A DNA stretch of 53,959 nucleotides from a virus (lineage: Duplodnaviria > Caudoviricetes). Shown here piece after piece: positions 1 through 8,464 of the stretch. Below the pieces are notes generated by a model. The model did no database searches. It saw only the letters and a program-made list of their open reading frames with translations, and had not been told where the DNA came from. Positions within the stretch are counted from its first letter, which is position 1, and the number at the start of each line of letters is the position of its first letter. The stretch spans positions 1 through 53,959 of IMG/VR virus record IMGVR_UViG_3300033149_004108; one strand, written 5' to 3'. Position numbers and translations under genes: made by a program.

Positions 1-114
1 CTGCCTGGCTTGACCGACGCATTGCAGAAGATAGACGAGCCGTTCGTGTTGGATGCGAGCGTTGGTATCGAACGAGACGGCAAGCCACTGCCGAGAATCG
101 AGCTGATGACGCTG
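1..114. repeat. Terminal direct repeat (copy 1), identical to 53846-53959; circular assembly overlap
   Basis: ctgcctggcttgacc...gatgacgctg occurs at both ends, and the reading frame continues across the join. Confidence 0.97.
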
Positions 115-1926
115 ACTGCGAAGACCCCGCAACTCAAGGAGGGTGATGTTGTCAAGGCCACGGTCTTCGACCTGCCGTATTGGCGCGAATCGCTGGAGGC
201 TCTTCCGTTCGGTGAACGCAGAGAGCGGCTTGAGCAGTTCTTCGAGAAGCACCTTGCGGATGACGAGCACTTCGCTATCAGCCCCCAGAAGAAGATTGAG
301 GACAAGAAAGACCTCGAACAAGCATTCAAGGAGTTCGGGGCGCAACCAGGCTCAGAAGGAGTGGTCTTGAAGGACCTGTCTGGTAAGCCGTACGGCTCTG
401 GCGGCGTATCGTGGATGGCGAAGATAAAGCATACTGCCGAATTGAAGGTAAAGGTTCTGTCTCGTTCGCGCACTGCGATTGGTACATATGTGTATCGGGC
501 GGGGCTACTTCCGAGCATCGGCGACAAGTGGCGCAACCTGACGAACTTCAGAGGCAGGCAGTATATTGACCTCGGCGAGACCTTTGCCACGAAGTTGCTC
601 GCTCAGCCAGGCGATGTATTGACGGTACAGGTGCAAGAACTCATGCCGCGCGATAATGAACTACAATGGCTTGGTGCGAAGGTGGTAGATGTAGACAAGA
701 CGCGCAAGCTGCCGTATTACTCCTCGCAGGCGATTGACATTGCGCGTCGCGCCAATATTCTGCAAGGCGGAACGCAGGATGTGCAAAAGGCCGTTGGTGA
801 TGAAGGTGGAGATGAGACGCGCGCTGGTGCTGCATTGCGGTTCTGGGAAGAATACTGGCATGAACAACCGCCGAAGTCCGGCAAGGGCCGCTGGGTGCTT
901 CAGCATCATTGGCGCGGGCTTACCGAAGAGGAAGCGAAACTCTCCGAGAAGGAACTGATGGAGACAAGGCACTCGGTACACGCCGATATGCGTTTCACCG
1001 ATGATGACGACCACCTATGGGGGTTCTCCATCTTCATCGGAAGAACCGATGACAACAGAGACCTTGACCCGCCATGCAGGGTTGTGCATCTTGGGCCTGA
1101 CGACAAACTGCAATGCCAACCCAAGTTGGAGCAGCCGACCCAATGGCTGAAGGTTGGTGGCGGTGCTGGCGAAGCGATGGAACCTGGCGAACCTGGTAGC
1201 ACTAGCAAGACATGGAGCAAGTTCTTCATCATTGACCAGGGAACCTATGAGGTTGGTGTGTGGCGCGAACATATGCAGGAGGTGTTCGTTGAGGGTCGTC
1301 ATCTGAAAGGGCGCATACTGTTCCAGTACGCTCCGGTTGGCGGCAGGCGCATCTGGCTAATGAGCAAGCCGAAGGACCAGCGGCCATATGCTGAGACCCA
1401 CGATCTTGAGGAGGTGAAGAGAGAACTTGCCAGCAAGGGACAGAAATACCTGGTCTGGTCAAAGCCAGGCGAATGCCCACAATTCATTGAAGTGAAGCGC
1501 GCTGGCTGGTTCACATTCTCGGAGAGCAGAAAGAGAGCGGAGTACTACAGCGATATTCTGAAGGCAGACGAAGAGAAGCAAATCGTCTATGGCGTTGTTC
1601 TCGAGCCGGGAAACCCAGACCAGACAGACGCGCATGGCGATTTCATTACTGCCGAGGATATCGAGCAAGCAGCGCATGACTTTATGATTCGCTGGCGTGC
1701 TCAGAAGGCAAAGATTGGACTCCAGCATCGCAAGCCAGCGAAGTGCGACATTGTCGAGAGTTTCATTGCGCCATCGGACATGCAGCTCGGCGTTGGCAAG
1801 GTGAAGAAAGGCTCCTGGGTAATGGGAGTCAAAGTATACGACCAGCGTATTTGGAAGCAGGTTCGGGACGGCGAGCTGACGGGTTTCAGCATTGGGGCTT
1901 TCGGCGACCGCATAACCGTATCGTGA
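1..1926 (+). CDS. C-terminal part of a 1090-aa multidomain protein starting at 52499: ATP-dependent ligase core/OB fold, LigD-type 3'-phosphoesterase, XkdF-like prohead protease
   Basis: Ligase motifs VFDL, EGVVLK, MAKIK. PE motifs VLQHH, HADMRF, IDQGTYE, LKGRIL, WLMSK. XkdF motifs KADEEKQIVYGVVLEP, DAHGD, GLQH, IVESFIAP, KKGSWVMGVKV, GELTGFSIG. Confidence 0.85.
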   Translation: MPGLTDALQKIDEPFVLDASVGIERDGKPLPRIELMTLTAKTPQLKEGDVVKATVFDLPYWRESLEALPFGERRERLEQFFEKHLADDEHFAISPQKKIEDKKDLEQAFKEFGAQPGSEGVVLKDLSGKPYGSGGVSWMAKIKHTAELKVKVLSRSRTAIGTYVYRAGLLPSIGDKWRNLTNFRGRQYIDLGETFATKLLAQPGDVLTVQVQELMPRDNELQWLGAKVVDVDKTRKLPYYSSQAIDIARRANILQGGTQDVQKAVGDEGGDETRAGAALRFWEEYWHEQPPKSGKGRWVLQHHWRGLTEEEAKLSEKELMETRHSVHADMRFTDDDDHLWGFSIFIGRTDDNRDLDPPCRVVHLGPDDKLQCQPKLEQPTQWLKVGGGAGEAMEPGEPGSTSKTWSKFFIIDQGTYEVGVWREHMQEVFVEGRHLKGRILFQYAPVGGRRIWLMSKPKDQRPYAETHDLEEVKRELASKGQKYLVWSKPGECPQFIEVKRAGWFTFSESRKRAEYYSDILKADEEKQIVYGVVLEPGNPDQTDAHGDFITAEDIEQAAHDFMIRWRAQKAKIGLQHRKPAKCDIVESFIAPSDMQLGVGKVKKGSWVMGVKVYDQRIWKQVRDGELTGFSIGAFGDRITVS

Positions 1927-1935
1927 GGAGGGTGC

Positions 1936-2808
1936 ATGGGAGACCACATTATCGGGGTGAGTCTGCTAGCATGTAACGGTGAGTCCTCGGCGTTGGAGTG
2001 GCCGGCAACATATGCGGCGGTCGAGAGTTTGTTGGCGAGCGACCTGCGCGATACGCGGTTCTTCTTTGCGATGGTAGACAATGGCTCTACCTGCAAGAGA
2101 ACGATACGCTACCTGAAGAAACTTGGTAGGCGGTCGAACTTTGGGTATCTGCGGCAGGATACGAACATCGGCATTGCCCGTGGCCGCAATGTTGCTGCGC
2201 GCTGGCTACTGGAACAAAGCCCGCGTCCGACGCTGTTGCTCGAAGTACACACAGACCACGTGTTTCCCACAAACTGGCTTGGTAATCTGCTTCGATGGAT
2301 TGACGCGAAGAACAACCTGGGCATCATATCTCCTGGCATTCTTACTCCGCGCAGAACATGGGGTACGCCACAGTATCGAGCGAGTTACGCTACGAAGTGG
2401 CAGGTGATTGCGTCCGATATTACACAGTTGAGCGAGAAACTAAGCCGAGCGGTAATAGCGCGCGGTTTGTTTCACCCTGCATTGAAGCGCGTAGCGATGC
2501 TCGACGAGATTGGGCTATACCCAGATGACTGGCCCGCGAACACGAACTTCGAGGATACTGAGGAATGGTATCGCGCAGAACGGGCTGGCTGGATAGTGTG
2601 CGTGTGTTTGGAGTCGTGGGTGTACCATCACTATGGTCTCACGAGACTGGCATCGCCGATACGAAGGCACGCGGCGGCGGTAGACTGGCATAAGAACAGA
2701 GAGTATGTTGTTAGCCTACACAGCGATTGGAATGAATGGGTTGTTGGCGCTCACGCGAGCGAAAGGGCGATATTCGCAAGCACTGCCGTTGGAGATAGTG
2801 GCAAGTGA
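1936..2808 (+). CDS. Glycosyltransferase family 2-like
   Basis: VDNGST, NIGIARGRN and FEDTE motifs; GAGGAGG RBS. Confidence 0.8.
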   Translation: MGDHIIGVSLLACNGESSALEWPATYAAVESLLASDLRDTRFFFAMVDNGSTCKRTIRYLKKLGRRSNFGYLRQDTNIGIARGRNVAARWLLEQSPRPTLLLEVHTDHVFPTNWLGNLLRWIDAKNNLGIISPGILTPRRTWGTPQYRASYATKWQVIASDITQLSEKLSRAVIARGLFHPALKRVAMLDEIGLYPDDWPANTNFEDTEEWYRAERAGWIVCVCLESWVYHHYGLTRLASPIRRHAAAVDWHKNREYVVSLHSDWNEWVVGAHASERAIFASTAVGDSGK

Positions 2809-3785
2809 AGGTCGCATTATACTACCCAGTGCTATACGAAGGCGGGTGCGAAAAGCGGCTGGGCGAACTTGCTCGCTGGCTGTTGGATAATGGCGATGAT
2901 GTATACATCGTTGCCATTAGTGCGAGCCGCGTCAAGGCGGGTGAGGATATTATCTGTCGCAGATGTGGTTTTCCGCGCGAACGCATCATCACCAAGCCGC
3001 TCTACGACACGAGGACGGATGAAGAGTTCATTACGAATGTCATCGGGTGGATGCGACCAGATGTGATAGACTGCCAATGGCATGGCCCGTGGCCCAATGT
3101 AACGCTACCCATTGTGTACACGATGCATGGCGCGGGCCAATTGGTGCCGAACAAGGACATTGCCGCGGTCATCAGCGTAGAAGACCTTCCCGACGGTCAC
3201 GCGGCGTACCGTGTTGCGCCTGTGCATGTAGTGTGGAACTGGGTAGACACGAAGCGATTTCAGTTCGTCAAGGCGTTGGGTTCTGGCGTCGCATTCTTCG
3301 GGCGTGCGTTCAAGATGATTCCGAATGTAATGCATATTGCGCGCAAGTACCCAACTGTGCAGATTGACGCATACGGCTTTGGGCCGGTCCCTGCATTGCC
3401 AGACAATGTAGTGTGGCATGGATATGTTGACCCGCTCAGCGTCATCTACTCTTATCGCGTCGTTTTTGCATCGGCACAGGCCGCGTTGGAAGCGATTGCG
3501 GCGGGCAGGTTGGTAATATGCGGACATGCCCAGGATAACCGCAAGCCACTGGCTGCATTGGCCCTACCGCACAACATTCAATTGCTATCGCGTTCCCAGA
3601 TGTGGTCTAGCAAAGGGAGCGGGGCACCAGATTTCAAGCAATTGAAGAGGGACTTCGAGACTGCTAGGAAAAACAACCTAGCGACTGAGCGTGCCGTTTT
3701 GCGACGCTATATCGAAGAATACCACGACCTCGACACTCAGTGTCGAAAGATACGCGAAATCTACGAAACGGTGGTGCGAAAATGA
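2805..3785 (+). CDS. Glycosyltransferase, GT-B fold (GT4-like)
   Basis: N-terminal GGCE, YTMHG, VWNWVD..RF, ALEAIAAGRLVI; GTGA overlap with the upstream gene. Confidence 0.75.
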   Translation: MKVALYYPVLYEGGCEKRLGELARWLLDNGDDVYIVAISASRVKAGEDIICRRCGFPRERIITKPLYDTRTDEEFITNVIGWMRPDVIDCQWHGPWPNVTLPIVYTMHGAGQLVPNKDIAAVISVEDLPDGHAAYRVAPVHVVWNWVDTKRFQFVKALGSGVAFFGRAFKMIPNVMHIARKYPTVQIDAYGFGPVPALPDNVVWHGYVDPLSVIYSYRVVFASAQAALEAIAAGRLVICGHAQDNRKPLAALALPHNIQLLSRSQMWSSKGSGAPDFKQLKRDFETARKNNLATERAVLRRYIEEYHDLDTQCRKIREIYETVVRK

Positions 3786-4726
3786 ATGTCTGCATGGTAT
3801 GCATTGATGCACTGAGGCTTGACCATGTAACACCCGAGGTGATGCCACACCTTACCAAGCGGCTGGATAGTGGCCTGTGGTACTATGGCGTCAAGACGAA
3901 GACGCCGTGGACCCCATCCTCGGTAGCCGCTATGTTGCTTGGCAAAGACGACGCCTTCAGCGTTGGACCGAAAGCGATGATTGGCCACCCCAGCATTGCC
4001 GGTCGGTTACATGGTACGCACGACACTGGGGCCTTCATTGGCAATGCTACACTGACAACTGAACATGCCATGTGGGTATTCCGCGACTTCGACTATGTGT
4101 GGTCTTGTGCAATGGGAGTCGTGCCGGTATATCGCATGGATGGGGTATGGGCACAGTTCTTTGCCTGGCGCGAGCAACGCACGAGACCGTGGTTTGCTTA
4201 CCTGCACCTATGGGAGACCCATGAACCGTATCAAGTGCCGAATGATGAGGAGCCGCCAGCACCGGACTGTTTGAAGAGATGGCCGTACATGAAGCAGGGG
4301 CTGTTTGCCAGGTACATGGATCTTGATAATGCCGTGTTGCCAGTAGCAGAAGAGGCGAAGGAGTACCTTCGGCAACGATACAAGGTCTACTGCAAGACGA
4401 CGGATAAGAGACTTCGTGGGTACTTTGAGCAGGTGATAGATGACGACACCGTCCTTGTGGTGGTATCTGACCATGGGGACTCGCATGATGACGAAGGCAG
4501 GTGGGGCCATGGGAGCAAGCCATGTTTTGCGACTGAGGCTACATGTCGCGTCCTTTGTGGCATCATTGGGCCTGGCATACAAGCAGATAGGATTGATGCT
4601 TCTATGTTGAGTAACGCAGAGATACCCGATTTGCTGGTGAATAGCATCTTCGGCAACCGTCAGACTAATGCTGTTGACCAGGATAAGGTTGCAGAACAAC
4701 TGCGAGCACTGGGGTATCTAGGATGA
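3782..4726 (+). CDS. Sulfatase/alkaline-phosphatase superfamily protein
   Basis: CIDALRLDH, WTPSS, YLHLWETHEPY, VVSDHG, C-terminal QLRALGYL; ATGA overlap start at 3782. Confidence 0.8.
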   Translation: MNVCMVCIDALRLDHVTPEVMPHLTKRLDSGLWYYGVKTKTPWTPSSVAAMLLGKDDAFSVGPKAMIGHPSIAGRLHGTHDTGAFIGNATLTTEHAMWVFRDFDYVWSCAMGVVPVYRMDGVWAQFFAWREQRTRPWFAYLHLWETHEPYQVPNDEEPPAPDCLKRWPYMKQGLFARYMDLDNAVLPVAEEAKEYLRQRYKVYCKTTDKRLRGYFEQVIDDDTVLVVVSDHGDSHDDEGRWGHGSKPCFATEATCRVLCGIIGPGIQADRIDASMLSNAEIPDLLVNSIFGNRQTNAVDQDKVAEQLRALGYLG

Positions 4727-5703
4727 GTACCAACCTGACCATCTTCATGCTTGATGATTTCCTTGCTCCGTTCTTCGAGTCAATCGCTGGCTGTAATGTG
4801 ATTGTGATAGGTGGGACAAGGCAAAAACGCGCGGCTCGTCTGCGCGAGGCAGTGCGAGATGTATCTGGCAATGCCATTCTGTTGACCCTACCGACGCCGG
4901 TTACCTCACACCATATGCTATCAGAATGCTATCGTGTGTGTAAGGAAGCCGGTGTGCCAACAGTATACTGGGCTATCGAGGACCCAAACTTCTGCTCTCA
5001 ATTTCTACCACAGGCGAAGATGGTAGACTTCGTGTTCACGACAGATGCCTGCTGCATTGATGCATATCTGGAGGGCTGCAACAAGAAGGCATATTGGCTG
5101 CCGCTCGCTGCATCGCCGGAATATCACGGCCCCATTTCGCAGAAGCCGAAGTTCGATTTCGTATTCTCTGGCAATTGGTATCCCAATAAGGCGCGCATTT
5201 GGGCGACAGAAACGCTCATCATACCGATTGCCGAGAAGTACGATGTTCTCGTGTTCAGTTATCGCAAGCCGCAGAACCCAGCATTGGCGAAGAACTATGC
5301 CGGCGCGCCTTCATACCTCACGACGGCGCAACAGTACGCAAACGGGCGCATCATACTTGGGGCGAACAATCAGCGAAGTGGATTTGACGGCATCGAGAAG
5401 ACCGTAATGACGAGTATGCGCACCTTTGAGGCTTTGGCGTGTGGCAAGCCGTTTCTTACTACATCGAGCGATGCATACCAGGCACTCGGCATGACGAATG
5501 GCGTGCACTTGGTGGCTGTCAACAGCAAGCAAGAGGCGCTTGAGAAGGCGAAGGCGTTGCTGAGGAACAAGCGCATGGCGAAGAACATTGGTGACAACGG
5601 ACGCACCCTCGTACTAAGCAACCATACATACAAGCATCGGCTTGAGCGCATACTTAGAGTGGTGAGAGGAGAGAATGCAGAACAGTTCTGTTACCGATAC
5701 TGA
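4723..5703 (+). CDS. CgeB-like glycosyltransferase (Glyco_trans_1_2 type)
   Basis: YWAIEDP, DFVFTTD, WLPLAA, DFVFSG, SMRTFEALACG, HTYKHR. Confidence 0.85.
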   Translation: MSTNLTIFMLDDFLAPFFESIAGCNVIVIGGTRQKRAARLREAVRDVSGNAILLTLPTPVTSHHMLSECYRVCKEAGVPTVYWAIEDPNFCSQFLPQAKMVDFVFTTDACCIDAYLEGCNKKAYWLPLAASPEYHGPISQKPKFDFVFSGNWYPNKARIWATETLIIPIAEKYDVLVFSYRKPQNPALAKNYAGAPSYLTTAQQYANGRIILGANNQRSGFDGIEKTVMTSMRTFEALACGKPFLTTSSDAYQALGMTNGVHLVAVNSKQEALEKAKALLRNKRMAKNIGDNGRTLVLSNHTYKHRLERILRVVRGENAEQFCYRY

Positions 5704-5893
5704 GAGGTACATACGCCTTCAATGCCGACACAATCCAGAGCGGAAGGGTTGTGTGCATATTGCAAACGAAGATGGCGGCCCGCTTTGTGGCTACACACCG
5801 CGCAGCAGGCGCGTTGAGTGGGTAACGGTTGACGAGAGACCACTACAGCATGAGCTGTGTCATAACTGCTGGCTGGAGGCGTCTCGGAAATGA
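5675..5893 (+). CDS. Small Cys/His-rich hypothetical protein
   Basis: VHI...LCG...CHNC; GAGAGGAG upstream; overlaps both neighbours. Confidence 0.55.
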   Translation: MQNSSVTDTERYIRLQCRHNPERKGCVHIANEDGGPLCGYTPRSRRVEWVTVDERPLQHELCHNCWLEASRK

Positions 5894-6615
5894 GAATTGT
5901 GGTCGGCGGCATCATTCATTACAGAGCGACGATACAACAGCATCTGCGGTCTGTACTTGCACTCGATAATGGAAAACATGAGTTGAAACACGCGTGGGTT
6001 GTTGACAACTCTCCAGAGGTGGTGCGACTGTTGGAGGGCGACGCCGATGCTATTGTTGACGCAAGGATACCAGGCGATAGATATAAGCGCGAGCAGTTGC
6101 CCGCAAGCAGGCGGAGGCCAATCTATGCCAGGCTTGCTGCGTTGAGGAACATGCTTGCCGAAGTTGCTATCAGCCTTGGCGCTGACGCGCTGCTTTCGAT
6201 TGACTCCGATATTGTGGTGCCAAAGCATCTTCTGGTGAAACTTGCCGATGTTGATGTTGACTGGGTTGCGGCACTGGTGCGCAACGGTGCGGAGCCTACC
6301 ATCTACAATGTGTTCAAACTCGTCAACAATCATGTGAAGCGGTTTGCCCCCATTGTATACGAGGGTGGCTTTCAGAGGCCCACGAGTGCTGTTTGGTATG
6401 ACCCGCAAGACGAGGGAAAGAAGCCGTGTCTTGCTGCGGGTGCGGTATGCATGTATTCACGCAGACTGCTGGAATCTGCGCGGTGGAGCACGGACGGAAG
6501 GGGCTGCCAAGAAGATGTTGGCTTCGCCCGCAATGCTCACGCAGAGGGGTTCAGCGCGTGGTATGTTCCTGTAATATGTAGACACCTTACGGTTGGTGGT
6601 GCTGATGGGAACTGA
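5890..6615 (+). CDS. GT-A fold glycosyltransferase-like protein
   Basis: VVDNS, LAALRN, LLSIDSD (DxD), EDVGF, CRH. Confidence 0.7.
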   Translation: MRIVVGGIIHYRATIQQHLRSVLALDNGKHELKHAWVVDNSPEVVRLLEGDADAIVDARIPGDRYKREQLPASRRRPIYARLAALRNMLAEVAISLGADALLSIDSDIVVPKHLLVKLADVDVDWVAALVRNGAEPTIYNVFKLVNNHVKRFAPIVYEGGFQRPTSAVWYDPQDEGKKPCLAAGAVCMYSRRLLESARWSTDGRGCQEDVGFARNAHAEGFSAWYVPVICRHLTVGGADGN

Positions 6616-6847
6616 TCTTGACAAGCAAGCGGGTTTGCAGCCCACCCTGATAGCACTGAGGTGTCCAGAGGTAACGCCGAAAGGTCGGTTGTGCAACAGG
6701 CTTTTGCTTCGTGTGGTGCAGAAATCTGGTGTCTCCGTGTTGGAGACATACTGCCCGAATTGCGGGACATGGGCGCAATGGCAGGTAGAACATGGCAGAA
6801 GGCCAATCTACAAGATGGTCCGAAAAAAGTGGGGAAGAGGGGGTTGA
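6605..6847 (+). CDS. Mu Com-like zinc-ribbon regulator
   Basis: LRC...CNRLL...ETYCPNCG pattern and a basic tail; directly upstream of the capsid operon leader. Confidence 0.55.
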   Translation: MGTDLDKQAGLQPTLIALRCPEVTPKGRLCNRLLLRVVQKSGVSVLETYCPNCGTWAQWQVEHGRRPIYKMVRKKWGRGG

Positions 6848-6873
6848 CAAATAACCGACTTCGTACTTAGAAT
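6844..6873 (+). promoter_or_regulatory. Sigma70-type promoter of the scaffold/capsid operon
   Basis: TTGACA (6844-6849), 18 nt spacer, TAGAAT (6868-6873). Confidence 0.7.
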
Positions 6874-6935
6874 TGCCATGTAAGCAATCGAATAGAGGTC
6901 TGTGGCCAGTTGCGCCCAGGAAGTAGCGGCCTAAT

Positions 6936-6972
6936 AAGCGGCCCGTGCGCTAAGCGTGCGGACCGCTTTTTT
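6936..6972 (+). terminator. Intrinsic terminator/attenuator in the capsid operon leader
   Basis: AAGCGGCCCGTGCGC-TAA-GCGTGCGGACCGCTT stem (two G:U pairs, one mismatch) followed by a T-run. Confidence 0.7.
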
Positions 6973-7006
6973 GGCATATCCTTCATAGACGGTAGGTGCG
7001 TAGGCG

Positions 7007-7996
7007 ATGGTGTGGTTTGCTAGGCAGGCGATTGAGAAGGCACGGCAGTTGCGGCGGCTTGCCGTGTACGAAGTATCGCTTGTGGGCAAGCCGGCCAATC
7101 GGCGGCGCTTCCTGCTGTTCAAGTCAGAAGGAGGTAATAGCGATATGGACAGGTTGACAGAAGATGATGCCCTGGACCTGGAGGAGCGTCTGAACACGCC
7201 TGCCAGCAAGGAAGAGGATGTAATGTCTGCGCTTGAGAAAGCGGAGGGACTCTCCGACAAGGAGAAGAACGCCGTGCGCGGCGCAATGCGTCTGCTGGGG
7301 AGTCTCAAGGACAACAAGGTGATTGCAAAGGTGTTGCAGTCCCTTGCAAGCATTGCTGGCTATGGCTATGCTGCTCCAACGAAGGGCACTGGCGACAAGG
7401 ACGAGGAAGAGGAAGACAAGGATAAGAACACGGACACTCCCGTGAACAAGAGCGATAAGTTTGCGATTCCAGAGGAGATTGCCAGCCTCTCCAAGTCCGC
7501 GAAGCCCGATGAGTACGAGGCGATGCTGAAGGCAGCGCGCGAGAATCCTGGTGTGGTGGCCCTGCTTCTCCCCATTGTGAAGGCCCGCGATATGGAGATC
7601 GAGCGTCAGGCCCAAGTTCTCAAGGAGATGAAGGAGCGCGAGGAGATGGCGCAGATTGAGAAGATGGTTGACGAGGTCAATCTGCCTGGCACCTCGCGCG
7701 AGGACCAGGTCAAGTTCCTGAAGGCGTTGACTCCAGAGCAGCGCGATGCTTGGCTCAATCAGATGAAGGCTGTTGCCGCCGCTGTGGACGTTGCGAATCT
7801 GACTTCGGAGATTGGCACGTCCCGCAAGCCCGATTCTGACAAGGACTCTCCGATGGCGCAACTGGCCAAGATGGTTGACGAAGCCATCGAGAAGTCAGAG
7901 GGCAAACTGACGAAGGGCGAAGCCTGGGATCGCGTGTTGAGCACGCCCGAGGGCCAGAAACTCTATGAGACCTACGAAGCGAAGGTCGGGAGGTAA
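7007..7996 (+). CDS. Capsid scaffolding protein with an N-terminal prohead-protease strand
   Basis: LAVYEVSLVGKPAN at the N-terminus, then an acidic helical body; lies before the capsid genes; internal GGAGGT RBS with ATG at 7145. Confidence 0.75.
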   Translation: MVWFARQAIEKARQLRRLAVYEVSLVGKPANRRRFLLFKSEGGNSDMDRLTEDDALDLEERLNTPASKEEDVMSALEKAEGLSDKEKNAVRGAMRLLGSLKDNKVIAKVLQSLASIAGYGYAAPTKGTGDKDEEEEDKDKNTDTPVNKSDKFAIPEEIASLSKSAKPDEYEAMLKAARENPGVVALLLPIVKARDMEIERQAQVLKEMKEREEMAQIEKMVDEVNLPGTSREDQVKFLKALTPEQRDAWLNQMKAVAAAVDVANLTSEIGTSRKPDSDKDSPMAQLAKMVDEAIEKSEGKLTKGEAWDRVLSTPEGQKLYETYEAKVGR

Positions 7997-8002
7997 GGTG
8001 TT

Positions 8003-8428
8003 ATGGGTCTGGAACTAGGCGTGTGCTATCACACATTCGTTGCCGGTGAGGACCTAACCGATGCACAGTACCACGTGGTGAAGATTAGCGGCTTCGATTC
8101 GGCGGCTAACGCGCCGAAGGTGGCCCTATGCGGCGACGGCGAGAAGATGTGCGGCATCCTTCAGAATGACCCCGATGACGGAGAGGCTGCGCTGGTCATG
8201 CGCGTTGGCAAGTCTCCTGCGGTCATTGCTGCGGCCATTGACGCCGGTACTTCGTGGGCGTCCGATTCCAACGGGCATATCAAGGCAGTTGACGAACTTG
8301 AGTGGGTCGGTGGAATGGTACACGAAGCCGGCGTTACTTCGCCCACGACTACTGGCTCGGAACTGACCACGGTTGATGTTGAAGCACTCAACCCGTGGAA
8401 GACCCCGTCTGGCTTCACTGACGAGTAA
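8003..8428 (+). CDS. Capsid cement/decoration protein (DUF2190-like)
   Basis: AGEDL..AQYHVVK, GILQN.P..GEAA.V; between scaffold and major capsid gene. Confidence 0.65.
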   Translation: MGLELGVCYHTFVAGEDLTDAQYHVVKISGFDSAANAPKVALCGDGEKMCGILQNDPDDGEAALVMRVGKSPAVIAAAIDAGTSWASDSNGHIKAVDELEWVGGMVHEAGVTSPTTTGSELTTVDVEALNPWKTPSGFTDE

Positions 8429-8464
8429 GCGGGGCCAGGAGAGGACATAAGGAGGTAGCAACAT

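Noticed and set aside
1-114. Terminal repeat as a biological direct terminal repeat
   Set aside because: It falls in the middle of a gene and preserves the frame, so it is best explained as assembler overlap of a circular or permuted genome.
10-1926. 638-aa ORF with a TTG start at position 10
   Set aside because: Window-edge artefact: the ligase catalytic Lys motif lies upstream at 53759, and the likely start is 52499.
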